The notes: generated by a model not told the origin, from the sequence alone. A stretch of 64,000 nt of DNA from Methanobacteriota archaeon (GCA_020348345.1 CP070748.1:1503682-1567681); one strand, 5' to 3'; positions 16,263 to 25,247 are shown, counted from the stretch's first letter. Numbers and translations: made by a program.

Positions 16263-17041
16263 GCGCTCCCCTCCCTCGCCTTGTGCAGGAACACATCCTC
16301 AAGATGGGTTTCTCCAGTCGATTCCATTAAGCCCCGTGGCGTATCCTCGGCTATCATTCTGCCGAGCCTCATCATGCCCACTCTATCGCACCTGACCGCC
16401 TCGTCCATGTAGTGCGTTGTCAGAACAATGGTCTTGCCCGCGCGCTTGAGGTCGGAGAAGTGATCCCAGAAACCCATCCTCAGCTCCGGATCGACGCCAA
16501 CCGTCGGCTCGTCCAGGAAGACCAACTCAGGATCGTGCACCAACGCACATGCCAGCGACACCCTGTGTTTCATCCCTCCACTGAGGGTGGACACAAGGGA
16601 ATCGCTCCTCTCGGTCAAGTCTATCATGTCCAGCAGAGCATCGGCCCTCTGGGCCAAGCTTTCCTTGTTCAAGGAATACATCCCTGCGAACAGTTCGAGA
16701 TTCTCAAGCACCGTGAGCTCAGCATAGATGGCCATCTCCTGTGGCATGTATCCGATGCGGCAGATGTTGACATGAACTGGAACTTCCTCCCCGAGAAGCC
16801 ATGCTCTTCCCGCGTTCGCTCTGATGAGACCGTTCAGTATCCGTATCGTCGAGGTCTTGCCGGAACCGTTCGGCCCGATCAGTCCGTAGACACAACCTCT
16901 GGGTATGCTAAGGTCGAGATCGGCAACCGCCCTGACTTCCCCGAACGACTTTGACAGCCCAATCGTGCGCACGACTTGATCGGATGAACCGCTTGCTGAA
17001 TCACTTCGTGGAAAGTCCTTGGTTTTACGCTCCTCCATCAT
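16259..17041 (-). CDS. ABC transporter ATP-binding protein (DrrA/CcmA-like)
   Basis: Walker A GPNGSGKTS, signature LSGGMKHR, Walker B LVFLDEPT. Confidence 0.9.
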   Translation of the reverse strand: MMEERKTKDFPRSDSASGSSDQVVRTIGLSKSFGEVRAVADLDLSIPRGCVYGLIGPNGSGKTSTIRILNGLIRANAGRAWLLGEEVPVHVNICRIGYMPQEMAIYAELTVLENLELFAGMYSLNKESLAQRADALLDMIDLTERSDSLVSTLSGGMKHRVSLACALVHDPELVFLDEPTVGVDPELRMGFWDHFSDLKRAGKTIVLTTHYMDEAVRCDRVGMMRLGRMIAEDTPRGLMESTGETHLEDVFLHKAREGSA

Positions 17042-17673
17042 CCGCTCCCTCCTGCACGGATCCCGTTGAGGAAGACATCGACGAAGCCCTCAAGCATTCT
17101 ATCGTCTTCTTCTTGATTTGGCTTCTTGCCTGTCATCAGATCGTGCGTCAAGAAGTACGACTGTATCATACCGACCAGCGCTCTCGCGGCGATATCAGAA
17201 TCCACCTTCCTAATCTTGCCTGCATCGATCAAAGCCTCCATGAGATCCTTGACAATCACCACTCCTTCCTCTGCGCCAGTCTGGCTGATAACGCTCCTTG
17301 CTCTGGATACCCTCCAAGCGTCCCCCATAAGCATCATCAAGACCTCGCGATTGGCACGAAGCGCTGAGAGAACCGAAGACGCATTGTCTTTCACCAGCTC
17401 GCCAATGGGAACGTTCATGTCGAAGGAGAAATCTCGTCTGATATCTGCAATCAGTGAGCGTTCGGCGATAACGGCGGCGTAAAGCTCCGCCTTCGAGCCG
17501 AAATAACGGAATAGAGTGACTTCGTTGACCCCCGCGCTGGCGGATATCTCCCTCGTGGTCGCACCTGCGAATCCCTTCTTCGCGAACATGCCGAGGCCAG
17601 CATTCAAGATGCGCGTTCGCGTTGAGGGGCGCTTCCGGTTCGCTGCCCTGTCTCGCGCCATTGTTGTATGCAA
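17038..17673 (-). CDS. TetR/AcrR family transcriptional regulator
   Basis: N-terminal HTH ILNAGLGMFAKKGFAGATTREISASAGVNEVTLFRYFGSK. First gene of the TetR-ABC operon, joined by 4-nt overlaps. Confidence 0.85.
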   Translation of the reverse strand: MHTTMARDRAANRKRPSTRTRILNAGLGMFAKKGFAGATTREISASAGVNEVTLFRYFGSKAELYAAVIAERSLIADIRRDFSFDMNVPIGELVKDNASSVLSALRANREVLMMLMGDAWRVSRARSVISQTGAEEGVVIVKDLMEALIDAGKIRKVDSDIAARALVGMIQSYFLTHDLMTGKKPNQEEDDRMLEGFVDVFLNGIRAGGSG

Positions 17674-17784
17674 GCACTTACACGCATAAAGGATTTACTG
17701 ACAGAGGCTGTATACTCTCTCATCGCGTCGTTAAATGCCCTATGAAGCGGAGCAGCGACTCGCGACCGTCTCGGATTTATGAAC

Positions 17785-17794
17785 GATTAAATAG
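17785..17794 (+). promoter_or_regulatory. TATA-like box upstream of the small GTPase gene
   Basis: GATTAAATAG is centred ~34 nt upstream of ATG 17824. Same spacing as the other putative promoters in the window. Confidence 0.3.
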
Positions 17795-17823
17795 ACTCTG
17801 GAACATTAGCGGGATGTTCTTCG

Positions 17824-18339
17824 ATGCCCCCTCAGAAGTACATATTGAAGGTTTGCCTGCTAGGTGACGGCGCGGTCGGCAAGACGAGTCTCGTAAGGCG
17901 TTTCGTCTTCAACGCCTTTGACGACAAGTACCTGCAGTCGTTTGGAACAAAGGTGTCCAAGAAGACTGTGCTCCTCGAGGATGCCGAGGTGAACCTGATG
18001 GTATGGGATATTCTGGGTCAGCGGACGCAGAAGAACCTTCATGCGGCGTACTACCGAGGTGCCTCGGGGGCACTCGCCGTTTGCGATTGCACCCGCCCCG
18101 AAACGCTGCAGTCACTGTCTTCCTGGATTGACGGCTTTCTTTCGGCGGTTGGCGAGGCGCCGATAATCGTTCTGGTGAACAAGAGCGATCTGGATCCAGC
18201 ATTTCCGCTCGATGATGTCAGGTCATTCTCCGATTCGATCGGCTCGCTCTTCATGGAGACGAGCGCCAAGACGGGGGAGAATGTCGAGGAGGCGTTCGCC
18301 GAGATTACCAGAAGGATGGTGACGGGGGATTCTGAGTGA
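17824..18339 (+). CDS. Ras/Rab-like small GTPase
   Basis: 171 aa. G1 GDGAVGKT, switch-I T in FGTKV, G3 WDILGQ, G4 NKSD, G5 TSAK. This is the full Ras-superfamily motif set and order. Confidence 0.85.
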   Translation: MPPQKYILKVCLLGDGAVGKTSLVRRFVFNAFDDKYLQSFGTKVSKKTVLLEDAEVNLMVWDILGQRTQKNLHAAYYRGASGALAVCDCTRPETLQSLSSWIDGFLSAVGEAPIIVLVNKSDLDPAFPLDDVRSFSDSIGSLFMETSAKTGENVEEAFAEITRRMVTGDSE

Positions 18340-19268
18340 GGGCCATACCTTTCTTCGTGATGCCTGGCATCGCCCTCTCCCACCTGAGGGAGGAGCTTGA
18401 GATAACCGAGGGCGATCACAGGGCTAAGCTAATGTTATACAGGTACGGTCAGAGATGCGGCAGAGCGTTGGTTGACAGCTATGGTCTGGAATGCTCCGCT
18501 CTTGAAGAGGTCAAGGCGTTAATCGGTCCTATATGGATGGAGGCAGGTCTCAGCAGGATCCGGATCGAATCAGCGGAGGAGACGGAACTTGTCGTGAATC
18601 TGGACGAATCGGTGGAGTCCAAGGAGGGCAACACATGCGACTTCGCCCGCGGGTATCTATCCGGAATCGTATCACAGCTCACTGCCAAGCGCTTCGAGGT
18701 GGATGAGATCGAATGCGCCAGTCGTGGCTATCTGTCCTGCGTTCTGCAGGTGTATGAGGTGGTGGACAACCTTCGTCCTTCCAGACAACCCGACGTAGGC
18801 ACGGAAAGGAAGTACAATCTCGAGACCGGCTACTCCTACCTGATAAAGGAGGAGATACCGGACCAGTCATTCGATATGTTCGTCGACGCCTATAGACACG
18901 GCATCCCGTCCCTCTGTGTAACTCGCGAGTATCCAGAGAAGGTGAAGGAAAAGTACGACATCCAGGGAGCTCCGTTCCTATGGCTCTCAATGGATCAGCA
19001 GAAGAGCTACTCCCGCGATCCATCCAACCTGGCACTGTTATACTCCGACATCAAGACCTTCGTGATCGAGAACCCGGGATGTATAATACTCCTCTCGGGC
19101 CTCGAGTATCTGGTGTCCCAGAACGGATTCACGAAGGTGTTGAAGCTATTGCAGCACATGAACGACAAGGTCGCCGTGACAGATTCCATTCTGCTGGTGC
19201 CTGTGAGCCCTCTCACCCTCATGGAGCAGGACCTCAAGATGCTGGAGAAGGAGCTGCGCTCCTTCTAG
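18336..19268 (+). CDS. V4R domain :: DUF835 domain fusion protein
   Basis: GTG start overlaps the GTPase stop (GTGA). N-terminal half carries V4R (TCDFARGYLSG...DEIECASRGYLSCVLQV). C-terminal half is DUF835-like (YLIKEE...CVTREYPEKVKEKY...FLWLS...ILLSGLEYLVSQNGF...LLVPVSPLTLMEQDLKMLEKEL). Confidence 0.75.
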   Translation: MRAIPFFVMPGIALSHLREELEITEGDHRAKLMLYRYGQRCGRALVDSYGLECSALEEVKALIGPIWMEAGLSRIRIESAEETELVVNLDESVESKEGNTCDFARGYLSGIVSQLTAKRFEVDEIECASRGYLSCVLQVYEVVDNLRPSRQPDVGTERKYNLETGYSYLIKEEIPDQSFDMFVDAYRHGIPSLCVTREYPEKVKEKYDIQGAPFLWLSMDQQKSYSRDPSNLALLYSDIKTFVIENPGCIILLSGLEYLVSQNGFTKVLKLLQHMNDKVAVTDSILLVPVSPLTLMEQDLKMLEKELRSF

Positions 19269-19282
19269 GTTGAGCAGATAAG

Positions 19283-19747
19283 GTGATAATGATTTCGAAG
19301 TATGGTCTTGTCATCTGTCCCGCATGCGGCAAAGCCCGCGGTGTGATAGCAAGCCGGAAGACCTCCTCGTGTCCCTGTGGTCGGCAGGTGAAGATACGCA
19401 AGTCTATGATCAAGTTCAGGACGGATTCCCCAATTGAACTCGCGGAGATGGTCGCTCAGGCGAACGCGCAGCTCGCAAGCGGGAAGAAGCTCAGGCGCTC
19501 GAAGACCAGAGCGTCATCAGATCCTTGCGTAAGGGTCGCGCAACGCGTAATGTCGGTCAGCGGCTCGTCGGAGAGGGCTGAAGCTATCGCGCGCGAGCTC
19601 ACCGACGAGATCGGCGATTTTGGCCTCGAGGAGATGCGCCGCGTCCTTGAGGTACTAGGCAGAAACAATCCCGAGGATGTGATGACCAAGCTCAAGGAGG
19701 GCAGTCTGATATACGAGATCAGCGAAGGACGGTTCAGAATCGCGTGA
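19283..19747 (+). CDS. zinc-ribbon protein (possibly DUF1922-like), third gene of the GTPase operon
   Basis: 154 aa, 14 nt after the previous gene. ICPACGKARG...SCPCGRQV is a four-Cys ribbon, followed by a helical C-terminal half. GTG 19283 or ATG 19289. Confidence 0.55.
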   Translation: MIMISKYGLVICPACGKARGVIASRKTSSCPCGRQVKIRKSMIKFRTDSPIELAEMVAQANAQLASGKKLRRSKTRASSDPCVRVAQRVMSVSGSSERAEAIARELTDEIGDFGLEEMRRVLEVLGRNNPEDVMTKLKEGSLIYEISEGRFRIA

Positions 19748-20476
19748 TCATCGTTTCTTCTTCGGCTTCGGTCCTGCCAGTCTTTTTGCGTCCTGGATGA
19801 GCACGGGGAGTGATAGCCTGTGAACCTTCACGTAGCCGTAGATCACGACGACGTATGCCGCCGCCAATCCGAGCAGGTTCAGAGGCGGCTCGATTACGTC
19901 GTACATGAAGAACGGCACCATGAACAGGTTGTAGCCGATGTGAATGAGCAGCGCTTCGGAGAAGTAGGGCTTGACCTCACCCCTCGCCACGCCGATGCCT
20001 ATGAACGCCGTTGTCGCTCCATGGAGGAGAACGAATTGGAATCCCAGGAGCGCGTATGCCGTCATATCGATGGCACTCGGTTCCTCGATGCCCAGAGCGC
20101 TCGCGTATATCGTGGCGAAGGTGAATGTCGCCGATATCCCGAGCCCGAATGACAGCCCGTAGAACGCGGTGTCGATCTTGCGCTGGAATCTCGGGAAGTT
20201 CAGTATCATCAGCTTCATCGACTCCTCCATCAGAGCGAAGCCGATGATCAGCACGAGGAGCGTCTCCGCCGACGATGCTGTACTGCCCCATTCCTCGAAG
20301 GCGAACAACACCATTCCCAGCACGATTCCGAGAGCGAAGAAAGCGAAGACCTTCCTATCATCAAAGAACGGCTTCTCGACCGCGGGGAAGGTGTAGTCTC
20401 TCAGAGTGTAGAACATGAGCGCCATGGCGGGTGCAAACCCCGCGACTCCGCTGACTATCAAGACAATATCCGCCAC
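19748..20476 (-). CDS. polytopic membrane protein, PrsW-like intramembrane protease family (tentative)
   Basis: 242 aa, ~7 TM helices. LMEESMKL (EExxK-like) and later His-containing TM motifs (LLHGATTAF, LIHIGYN). Confidence 0.5.
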   Translation of the reverse strand: MADIVLIVSGVAGFAPAMALMFYTLRDYTFPAVEKPFFDDRKVFAFFALGIVLGMVLFAFEEWGSTASSAETLLVLIIGFALMEESMKLMILNFPRFQRKIDTAFYGLSFGLGISATFTFATIYASALGIEEPSAIDMTAYALLGFQFVLLHGATTAFIGIGVARGEVKPYFSEALLIHIGYNLFMVPFFMYDVIEPPLNLLGLAAAYVVVIYGYVKVHRLSLPVLIQDAKRLAGPKPKKKR

Positions 20477-20568
20477 GATATCGCTCCCTCTACCAGACTT
20501 CGGGTGCTGTAAATGCCTATGATATGTTTATAGGGTTGGGTGGGGGTACGTGGTGCAGGTGGACGCAA

Positions 20569-20847
20569 ATGGTGAAATGCTCCAGATGCGGCAGGGAGAT
20601 AGGCGAGGCCGCGAGTTGCTCCGAATGCGGGGGCGCTCCCAGTCGGAGCGTCGTCGATAGAGGAGCCAAGAAGGTGACTACCACAACTGGCGAGGTCATC
20701 GAAGCCGGAGTTCACGCGACGGAGACGGTGGCGCGCGAGGCCAAACCTCTTGTTAAGAAGGCGCTGAGCTTGGGCAAAAGGGGTGCTTCGAGGGCCAAGA
20801 GCGAGACGCTTGGCGTCGCGAAGAAGCTGAAGGACGAGGACGGCTGA
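20569..20847 (+). CDS. small zinc-ribbon protein
   Basis: Within track ORF 20524..20847. ATG 20569 gives MVKCSRCGREIGEAASCSECGG... followed by a basic helical tail. A TATA-like TTTATA lies ~40 nt upstream. Confidence 0.5.
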   Translation: MVKCSRCGREIGEAASCSECGGAPSRSVVDRGAKKVTTTTGEVIEAGVHATETVAREAKPLVKKALSLGKRGASRAKSETLGVAKKLKDEDG

Positions 20848-22779
20848 TCATCGCCTCTTGCTGCGTGTTCTTCTACCCGACTTGGGGGCCGAATCTAGCC
20901 CCGATGCCAGTTTATCGAAGTAGTGTGCCACGACACAGCTGTCTGTGCATCTGCCACAATGAACGCATTTGCTGGCATCGACGACGGGTCTTTCTTCCAT
21001 CGACACTGCACCGCGCTCGCAAGCTCTCTCGCAGTTGCCGCACCCGGTGCAGAGGCTAGCTCTGAGCAGAGCTCGTGCGCCTTTGTCGAACAGCTCTTTG
21101 GCGGCCGAGGGCGACTCATCCGTTGCCGAGATCTGGCCGCCTGCGAAAATTCTCAATCGCCCTCCATCGGAGTCCAACCTGGCCACTCCGAATTCTTCGG
21201 AGAGATCGACTTCGTCGATGGTTTTCAGCACCTCGCCGACATCCTCAAGCGCCGCTGGTTTTGGCGTCGATAGAACGCCGTCAATCGAATAGCCTCCAGA
21301 TCCGCATGGACTGACTCCCTTCACCACTTTCAGGCTGGGGGCGTCCGCCCCGGCTGGTGCAACTTCAATCCGGAGTCTGCGGGCGAGTTCACGCATCTTG
21401 GGAGGCAGCGCCTTCCATCGCCAGAATCCGTGAGTCACGAACTCCCTTGGGAGCCCATTGCCTTCCGCCCATTCAAGAAGGCGGGCCTCCCATCCGCGGG
21501 CCATGTCCGGCGATATACGCGATATCTCCTCGGCCTCGCTAGCCAGGGCCGATGGACACATCCAACATCCGACCCTTTCGATGTCCTCGTCGTAAAGAGG
21601 ATTGTACTCGAGATTTCGCCATATTATGTACAGCCAAACGTCCAGCGCCGTCCAGTTCCTTATCGGGTTCACCGTAATCTGCCCCGGCACGAAAGGGTTT
21701 TTCTCAATCAGATCCGTGTGGGCCCTGGAGAACGACTCCAGCCTTCTGTTGCCCTCGATGGTTATCGTGCCGTCCGGAAACCTCTGCTCTATCAGCGAAG
21801 AGGCGGGAGCGAGTTTGCAAACCTTGCAGCACCATCTGAAATCCTTGGCGGGTGGTCCGAACGAGGGCAAGTGATCGTAGAAGGCATTCCCCGCATGGCC
21901 CTTCAGGAGCCTCACTCCTCTCTGTTTGACGAATCGTTCGATGTACTCCTTCGTGTGCGGATGCTCCAGCCCCGTATCGATGAATATCGCTGTAACATCG
22001 ATCGCGACCGTTTGGGCGAGGTCAAGGGCGACCAGACTGTCCTTGCCTCCGCTGAAGGAGACGGTCACCGACAGCTCCGAATCCGAAATGGCGCCTCTGA
22101 GCTCATGTTCTGCTTTGGACCGCTTTGCGACGAGATGGGGTTGATTCGCACGCACCAGCACCCTCGTTCTCGTCTTCTTGCTCTTTGGTGCTAGCGGTGC
22201 CTTCTTGGCGAAATCCCTGACCTTGACCCCCTTATTCGAGTGAAGCAGTGAGGATGCGTCAACCTTGGAGAACCCACATCCGATGAAAGCTCCCATTCTG
22301 ATGACAACCTCGTCTCCCGCTCTGATCCCGCGATCAAACGATTCGATAGCATCTGACGGGAGGTACTTCCCTCTCATGTGGCCTTCGACCTTGCGCAGTA
22401 CTATCTGCTTGCGCGAGTCCATTGCAGCAAGCATTCTCGCGCCGTCGAGACGGAGCAGAAGCTCATGGCGTCGGTGGTCGAGGTCGTATCTGAGGAGTGC
22501 GACTCTGTGCCCGTCTATAATCACCTCCTCCGCGCGGTCGTCCCCGGTCGCCTTGTTGAGAACGACGACGTCCTGCACGAGCTGCTGGACCCCGAAATCT
22601 TTCAGGAAGAGGTATCTGAGCTTCTTCTTGGTGCCGTCCAGTGCCAACCTGACATCTCCCGGCGGTACGAGCGGCACTTCTCTGCCGGCCTCGCCGCACC
22701 TACCGCAGCTGAGACCGATGAGCGGAACGTTGCACTTGTCGCACCAATGAAGCCTCGCCAGTGTTCCGTGATGGCGCAT
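20848..22779 (-). CDS. PAPS-reductase/PP-loop family protein with N-terminal zinc ribbon, PUA-like domain and C-terminal 4Fe-4S ferredoxin domain
   Basis: 643 aa. WCDKCNVPL...CGRCG; a PUA-like segment GDEVVIRMGAFIGCGFSKV; PP-loop VSFSGGKDSLVALDLA; C-terminal CTGCGNCERAC...CVHCGRCTDSC. Confidence 0.75.
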   Translation of the reverse strand: MRHHGTLARLHWCDKCNVPLIGLSCGRCGEAGREVPLVPPGDVRLALDGTKKKLRYLFLKDFGVQQLVQDVVVLNKATGDDRAEEVIIDGHRVALLRYDLDHRRHELLLRLDGARMLAAMDSRKQIVLRKVEGHMRGKYLPSDAIESFDRGIRAGDEVVIRMGAFIGCGFSKVDASSLLHSNKGVKVRDFAKKAPLAPKSKKTRTRVLVRANQPHLVAKRSKAEHELRGAISDSELSVTVSFSGGKDSLVALDLAQTVAIDVTAIFIDTGLEHPHTKEYIERFVKQRGVRLLKGHAGNAFYDHLPSFGPPAKDFRWCCKVCKLAPASSLIEQRFPDGTITIEGNRRLESFSRAHTDLIEKNPFVPGQITVNPIRNWTALDVWLYIIWRNLEYNPLYDEDIERVGCWMCPSALASEAEEISRISPDMARGWEARLLEWAEGNGLPREFVTHGFWRWKALPPKMRELARRLRIEVAPAGADAPSLKVVKGVSPCGSGGYSIDGVLSTPKPAALEDVGEVLKTIDEVDLSEEFGVARLDSDGGRLRIFAGGQISATDESPSAAKELFDKGARALLRASLCTGCGNCERACERGAVSMEERPVVDASKCVHCGRCTDSCVVAHYFDKLASGLDSAPKSGRRTRSKRR

Positions 22780-22839
22780 TCGCTGCGAGCTATGGTGCCC
22801 CTGCTAATAAGCTTCTTGCCTGTCGTGTCGGTCGGAGTA

Positions 22840-24312
22840 TCAACCTTCTTCGCAATCGCTGCTGCATCCACACCGACGATCGAGGAAGGCGGGATACCTG
22901 AGATGAGAAATGATGCTTCCTTCCCAATCGAATATCTTCCCTGGGTTCATGATGTCGTTCGGGTCGAGCGCCTTCTTAATGGCCTTCATCGCGCCGATGG
23001 AATCGCGTCGCTCCTTCTGCATGTACGGCGCCTTCGTGATCGACACTCCATGCTCGCCCGTAACGGTCCCGCCGAGTTCCAGGACCTTGTCGTAGATCTG
23101 CCCGACCGCTTTTTCCCCAGATTTCCAGCTCTCCTCTGAGTACGGTTCCACGAGCATCTTCGTGTGGAGGTTGCCGTCCGCAGAGTGGCCGTATGTGCCG
23201 ACGATGACCCCGTTCTCCTCGGCTATCTTCTGAAACGCTGCGACGGCCTCCGGTATCTTCGAAATGGGCACCGACATGTCGTCCGCCAACGCCACCGAGA
23301 CGAACTCGTCTCCATATCTGCTGAGGGACGGCAGGATCGCCTTCCTGGCCTGAGTCCACTCGTTGATCTTCTTCTTGTCGCTCGATGCCTCCGTGGAGAA
23401 TGCGCCGCTCTTCCGGCTTATCTCCTCCACCATTTTCATCTCCTCCTCGACTGCGGCTGGGTGTCCGTCCACCTCGATCATGCATATAGCCTCGCAGTCC
23501 GGAAGTCCCACGTTCATGCACTTGTTGACTGCTTTGATTGTTACGGAATCCATCAGCTCGATGGCCGAAGGCAGCAGCGGCTTGGCGATTATGTTCGAGA
23601 CGCATCTACCTGCATCCACAAGCGAATTGAAAGCGGCTACAGTCATGGCTGAGGCTCTCGGCTTGACGGCGAATCTGAGGGTTACTTCGGTTATCACCCC
23701 GAGGGTGCCCTCGCTGCCTACCATGAGCCGGTCTAGCTGGTAGCCGGATGAGTTCTTAAGCGTCCTCGTGCCAGTGTGGATGATCTCGCCCGTTGGAAGC
23801 ACCACCTCGAGCCCGAGAACATAGTCTCGAGTTGCGCCGTACTTGATCGCTCTCATGCCCGATGCGTTAGTGGCCACCATCCCCCCGATGGTGCAGGCTT
23901 CGGCGGAGCCAGGGGTCGTCGGGAACCAGAAGCCGTGCTTCCCGAGCTCGGCGTTGAGCGTGTCGTAGATGACTCCAGGCTCGACCACGCAGTACAGGTC
24001 CTCGACCCTCATCTCCTTGATCTTGGTCATCGCAGTAAGGTCGAGTATGATGCCTCCTTTGAGGGGAACGGTGTGTCCACACATCGCCGTGCCTGCGCCT
24101 CTGGGGACGATCGGCGTCAAAGTTCTGTTGGCGAGTTTCACGATCTCCGACACCTGTTCCGCCGTCGCGGGCCTCACTACGGCATCGGGCGTCTTGTGGT
24201 GTATGGATGCGTCGAAGCCGTAGACGTAGAGGTCTGCTATCTCGGTCGAGTAGCGTTCCTTGCCGACAATCCTCTCGATCTCGTCTACGACCTCTTTCTT
24301 CATGATGACCAT
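22840..24312 (-). CDS. FAD-linked oxidase (GlcD / D-lactate dehydrogenase-like)
   Basis: 490 aa. FAD_binding_4 N-domain (PDAVVRPATAEQVSEIVKLAN...VPRGAGT) and an FAD-oxidase C-domain (GGTVTGEHGVS). Confidence 0.85.
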   Translation of the reverse strand: MVIMKKEVVDEIERIVGKERYSTEIADLYVYGFDASIHHKTPDAVVRPATAEQVSEIVKLANRTLTPIVPRGAGTAMCGHTVPLKGGIILDLTAMTKIKEMRVEDLYCVVEPGVIYDTLNAELGKHGFWFPTTPGSAEACTIGGMVATNASGMRAIKYGATRDYVLGLEVVLPTGEIIHTGTRTLKNSSGYQLDRLMVGSEGTLGVITEVTLRFAVKPRASAMTVAAFNSLVDAGRCVSNIIAKPLLPSAIELMDSVTIKAVNKCMNVGLPDCEAICMIEVDGHPAAVEEEMKMVEEISRKSGAFSTEASSDKKKINEWTQARKAILPSLSRYGDEFVSVALADDMSVPISKIPEAVAAFQKIAEENGVIVGTYGHSADGNLHTKMLVEPYSEESWKSGEKAVGQIYDKVLELGGTVTGEHGVSITKAPYMQKERRDSIGAMKAIKKALDPNDIMNPGKIFDWEGSIISHLRYPAFLDRRCGCSSDCEEG

Positions 24313-24429
24313 CGACCGCTAATGCTGCTGGCGGTTAAAATCGTTTTCACGAAAATCCTATCGTCTCGCAGGCGGTCCGTGAAGCAAGCAATAAGTATCT
24401 GCTGTTAGATGCTTCGGATGGTCTTGCGA

Positions 24430-25110
24430 ATGTTGAAGCTCATCATCTTCGGCCCGCCGAGCGCAGGGAAAGGCACGCAGGCACAGAGGCTTTCGGAGAA
24501 GTACGGCATTCCTCAGATCGCCACGGGCGACCTCCTCAGGGAGGCTGTTGCTGAGAAGACGCCGCTAGGGATGGAGATCAAGTCATATCTGGACAGTGGC
24601 AGGCTAGGACCGGACGATCTCATAGTGCGGCTAATATTCGACCGAGTATCCGAGTCAGACTGCGCCGACGGTTACATCCTGGACGGCTTTCCCCGTACGA
24701 TGGGACAGGCGAAGGAGTTGGACAGGAAGACCGAAATTGACCTCGTTCTGAACATAGTCGTCGATATGGAGGAGCTGGTAGTGCGAGCTGTCGGGCGCAG
24801 GATCTGCAGCGAGTGCGCAGCGGTGTATAATGTATCGTTCAGCCCTCCCAAAGCGGTCGGGTTATGCGACAAGTGCGGAGCGCCTCTGATACAGAGGGAC
24901 GATGATAGGGAAGACACTGTCCGAAACAGGCTGAAGGTGTATGCCGAGCAGACAGCACCTCTCATTGAGCACTTCCGCAGGAAGGGCAACATAGTCGATA
25001 TCGATGGGTCGGCGGGCATCGAAGGGGTATTCAGCCAGATGGCTGAGGCGATCGATCGACTCGACAAGCGATTCGCAAGAGCCATCTCGCCCAATTGCCG
25101 CAGACCGTAA
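24430..25110 (+). CDS. adk: adenylate kinase (long, Cys4 zinc-lid type)
   Basis: P-loop GPPSAGKGTQA, GDLLR, and lid CSECAAVYN...CDKCGAPLIQRDDD. Start chosen at MLKLIIFG; track start is 24409. Confidence 0.9.
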   Translation: MLKLIIFGPPSAGKGTQAQRLSEKYGIPQIATGDLLREAVAEKTPLGMEIKSYLDSGRLGPDDLIVRLIFDRVSESDCADGYILDGFPRTMGQAKELDRKTEIDLVLNIVVDMEELVVRAVGRRICSECAAVYNVSFSPPKAVGLCDKCGAPLIQRDDDREDTVRNRLKVYAEQTAPLIEHFRRKGNIVDIDGSAGIEGVFSQMAEAIDRLDKRFARAISPNCRRP

Positions 25111-25152
25111 TCTCTTAAATATCGGTATCTGAATAGCCGCAACCATCACATC

Positions 25153-25247
25153 AGCCCCGTAGTGTAGCGGTCAATCATGCGAGACTCTGGATTGTGATTC
25201 TCGCAAGGAGAGATCTTGCGACGGAGGTTCGAATCCTCCCGGGGCTA
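25153..25247 (+). tRNA. tRNA-Gln (anticodon CTG) with a 22-nt intron at 37/38; no encoded CCA
   Basis: AGCCCCG-TA-GTGT-AGCGGTCAA-TCAT-G-CGAGA-CTCTGG[ATTGTGATTCTCGCAAGGAGAG]A-TCTTG-CGAC-GGAGG-TTCGAAT-CCTCC-CGGGGCT-A. The mature length is 73 nt. Confidence 0.8.

Noticed and set aside
15531-16412. 293-aa ORF antisense to the ABC-2 permease/ATPase genes
   Set aside because: Shadow ORF (R/H/D-rich). The ABC genes on the other strand are unambiguous.
22378-23139. 253-aa plus-strand ORF bridging the PAPS-reductase-like and GlcD-like genes
   Set aside because: It is antisense to two well-supported minus-strand genes and crosses their intergenic gap. No motifs.
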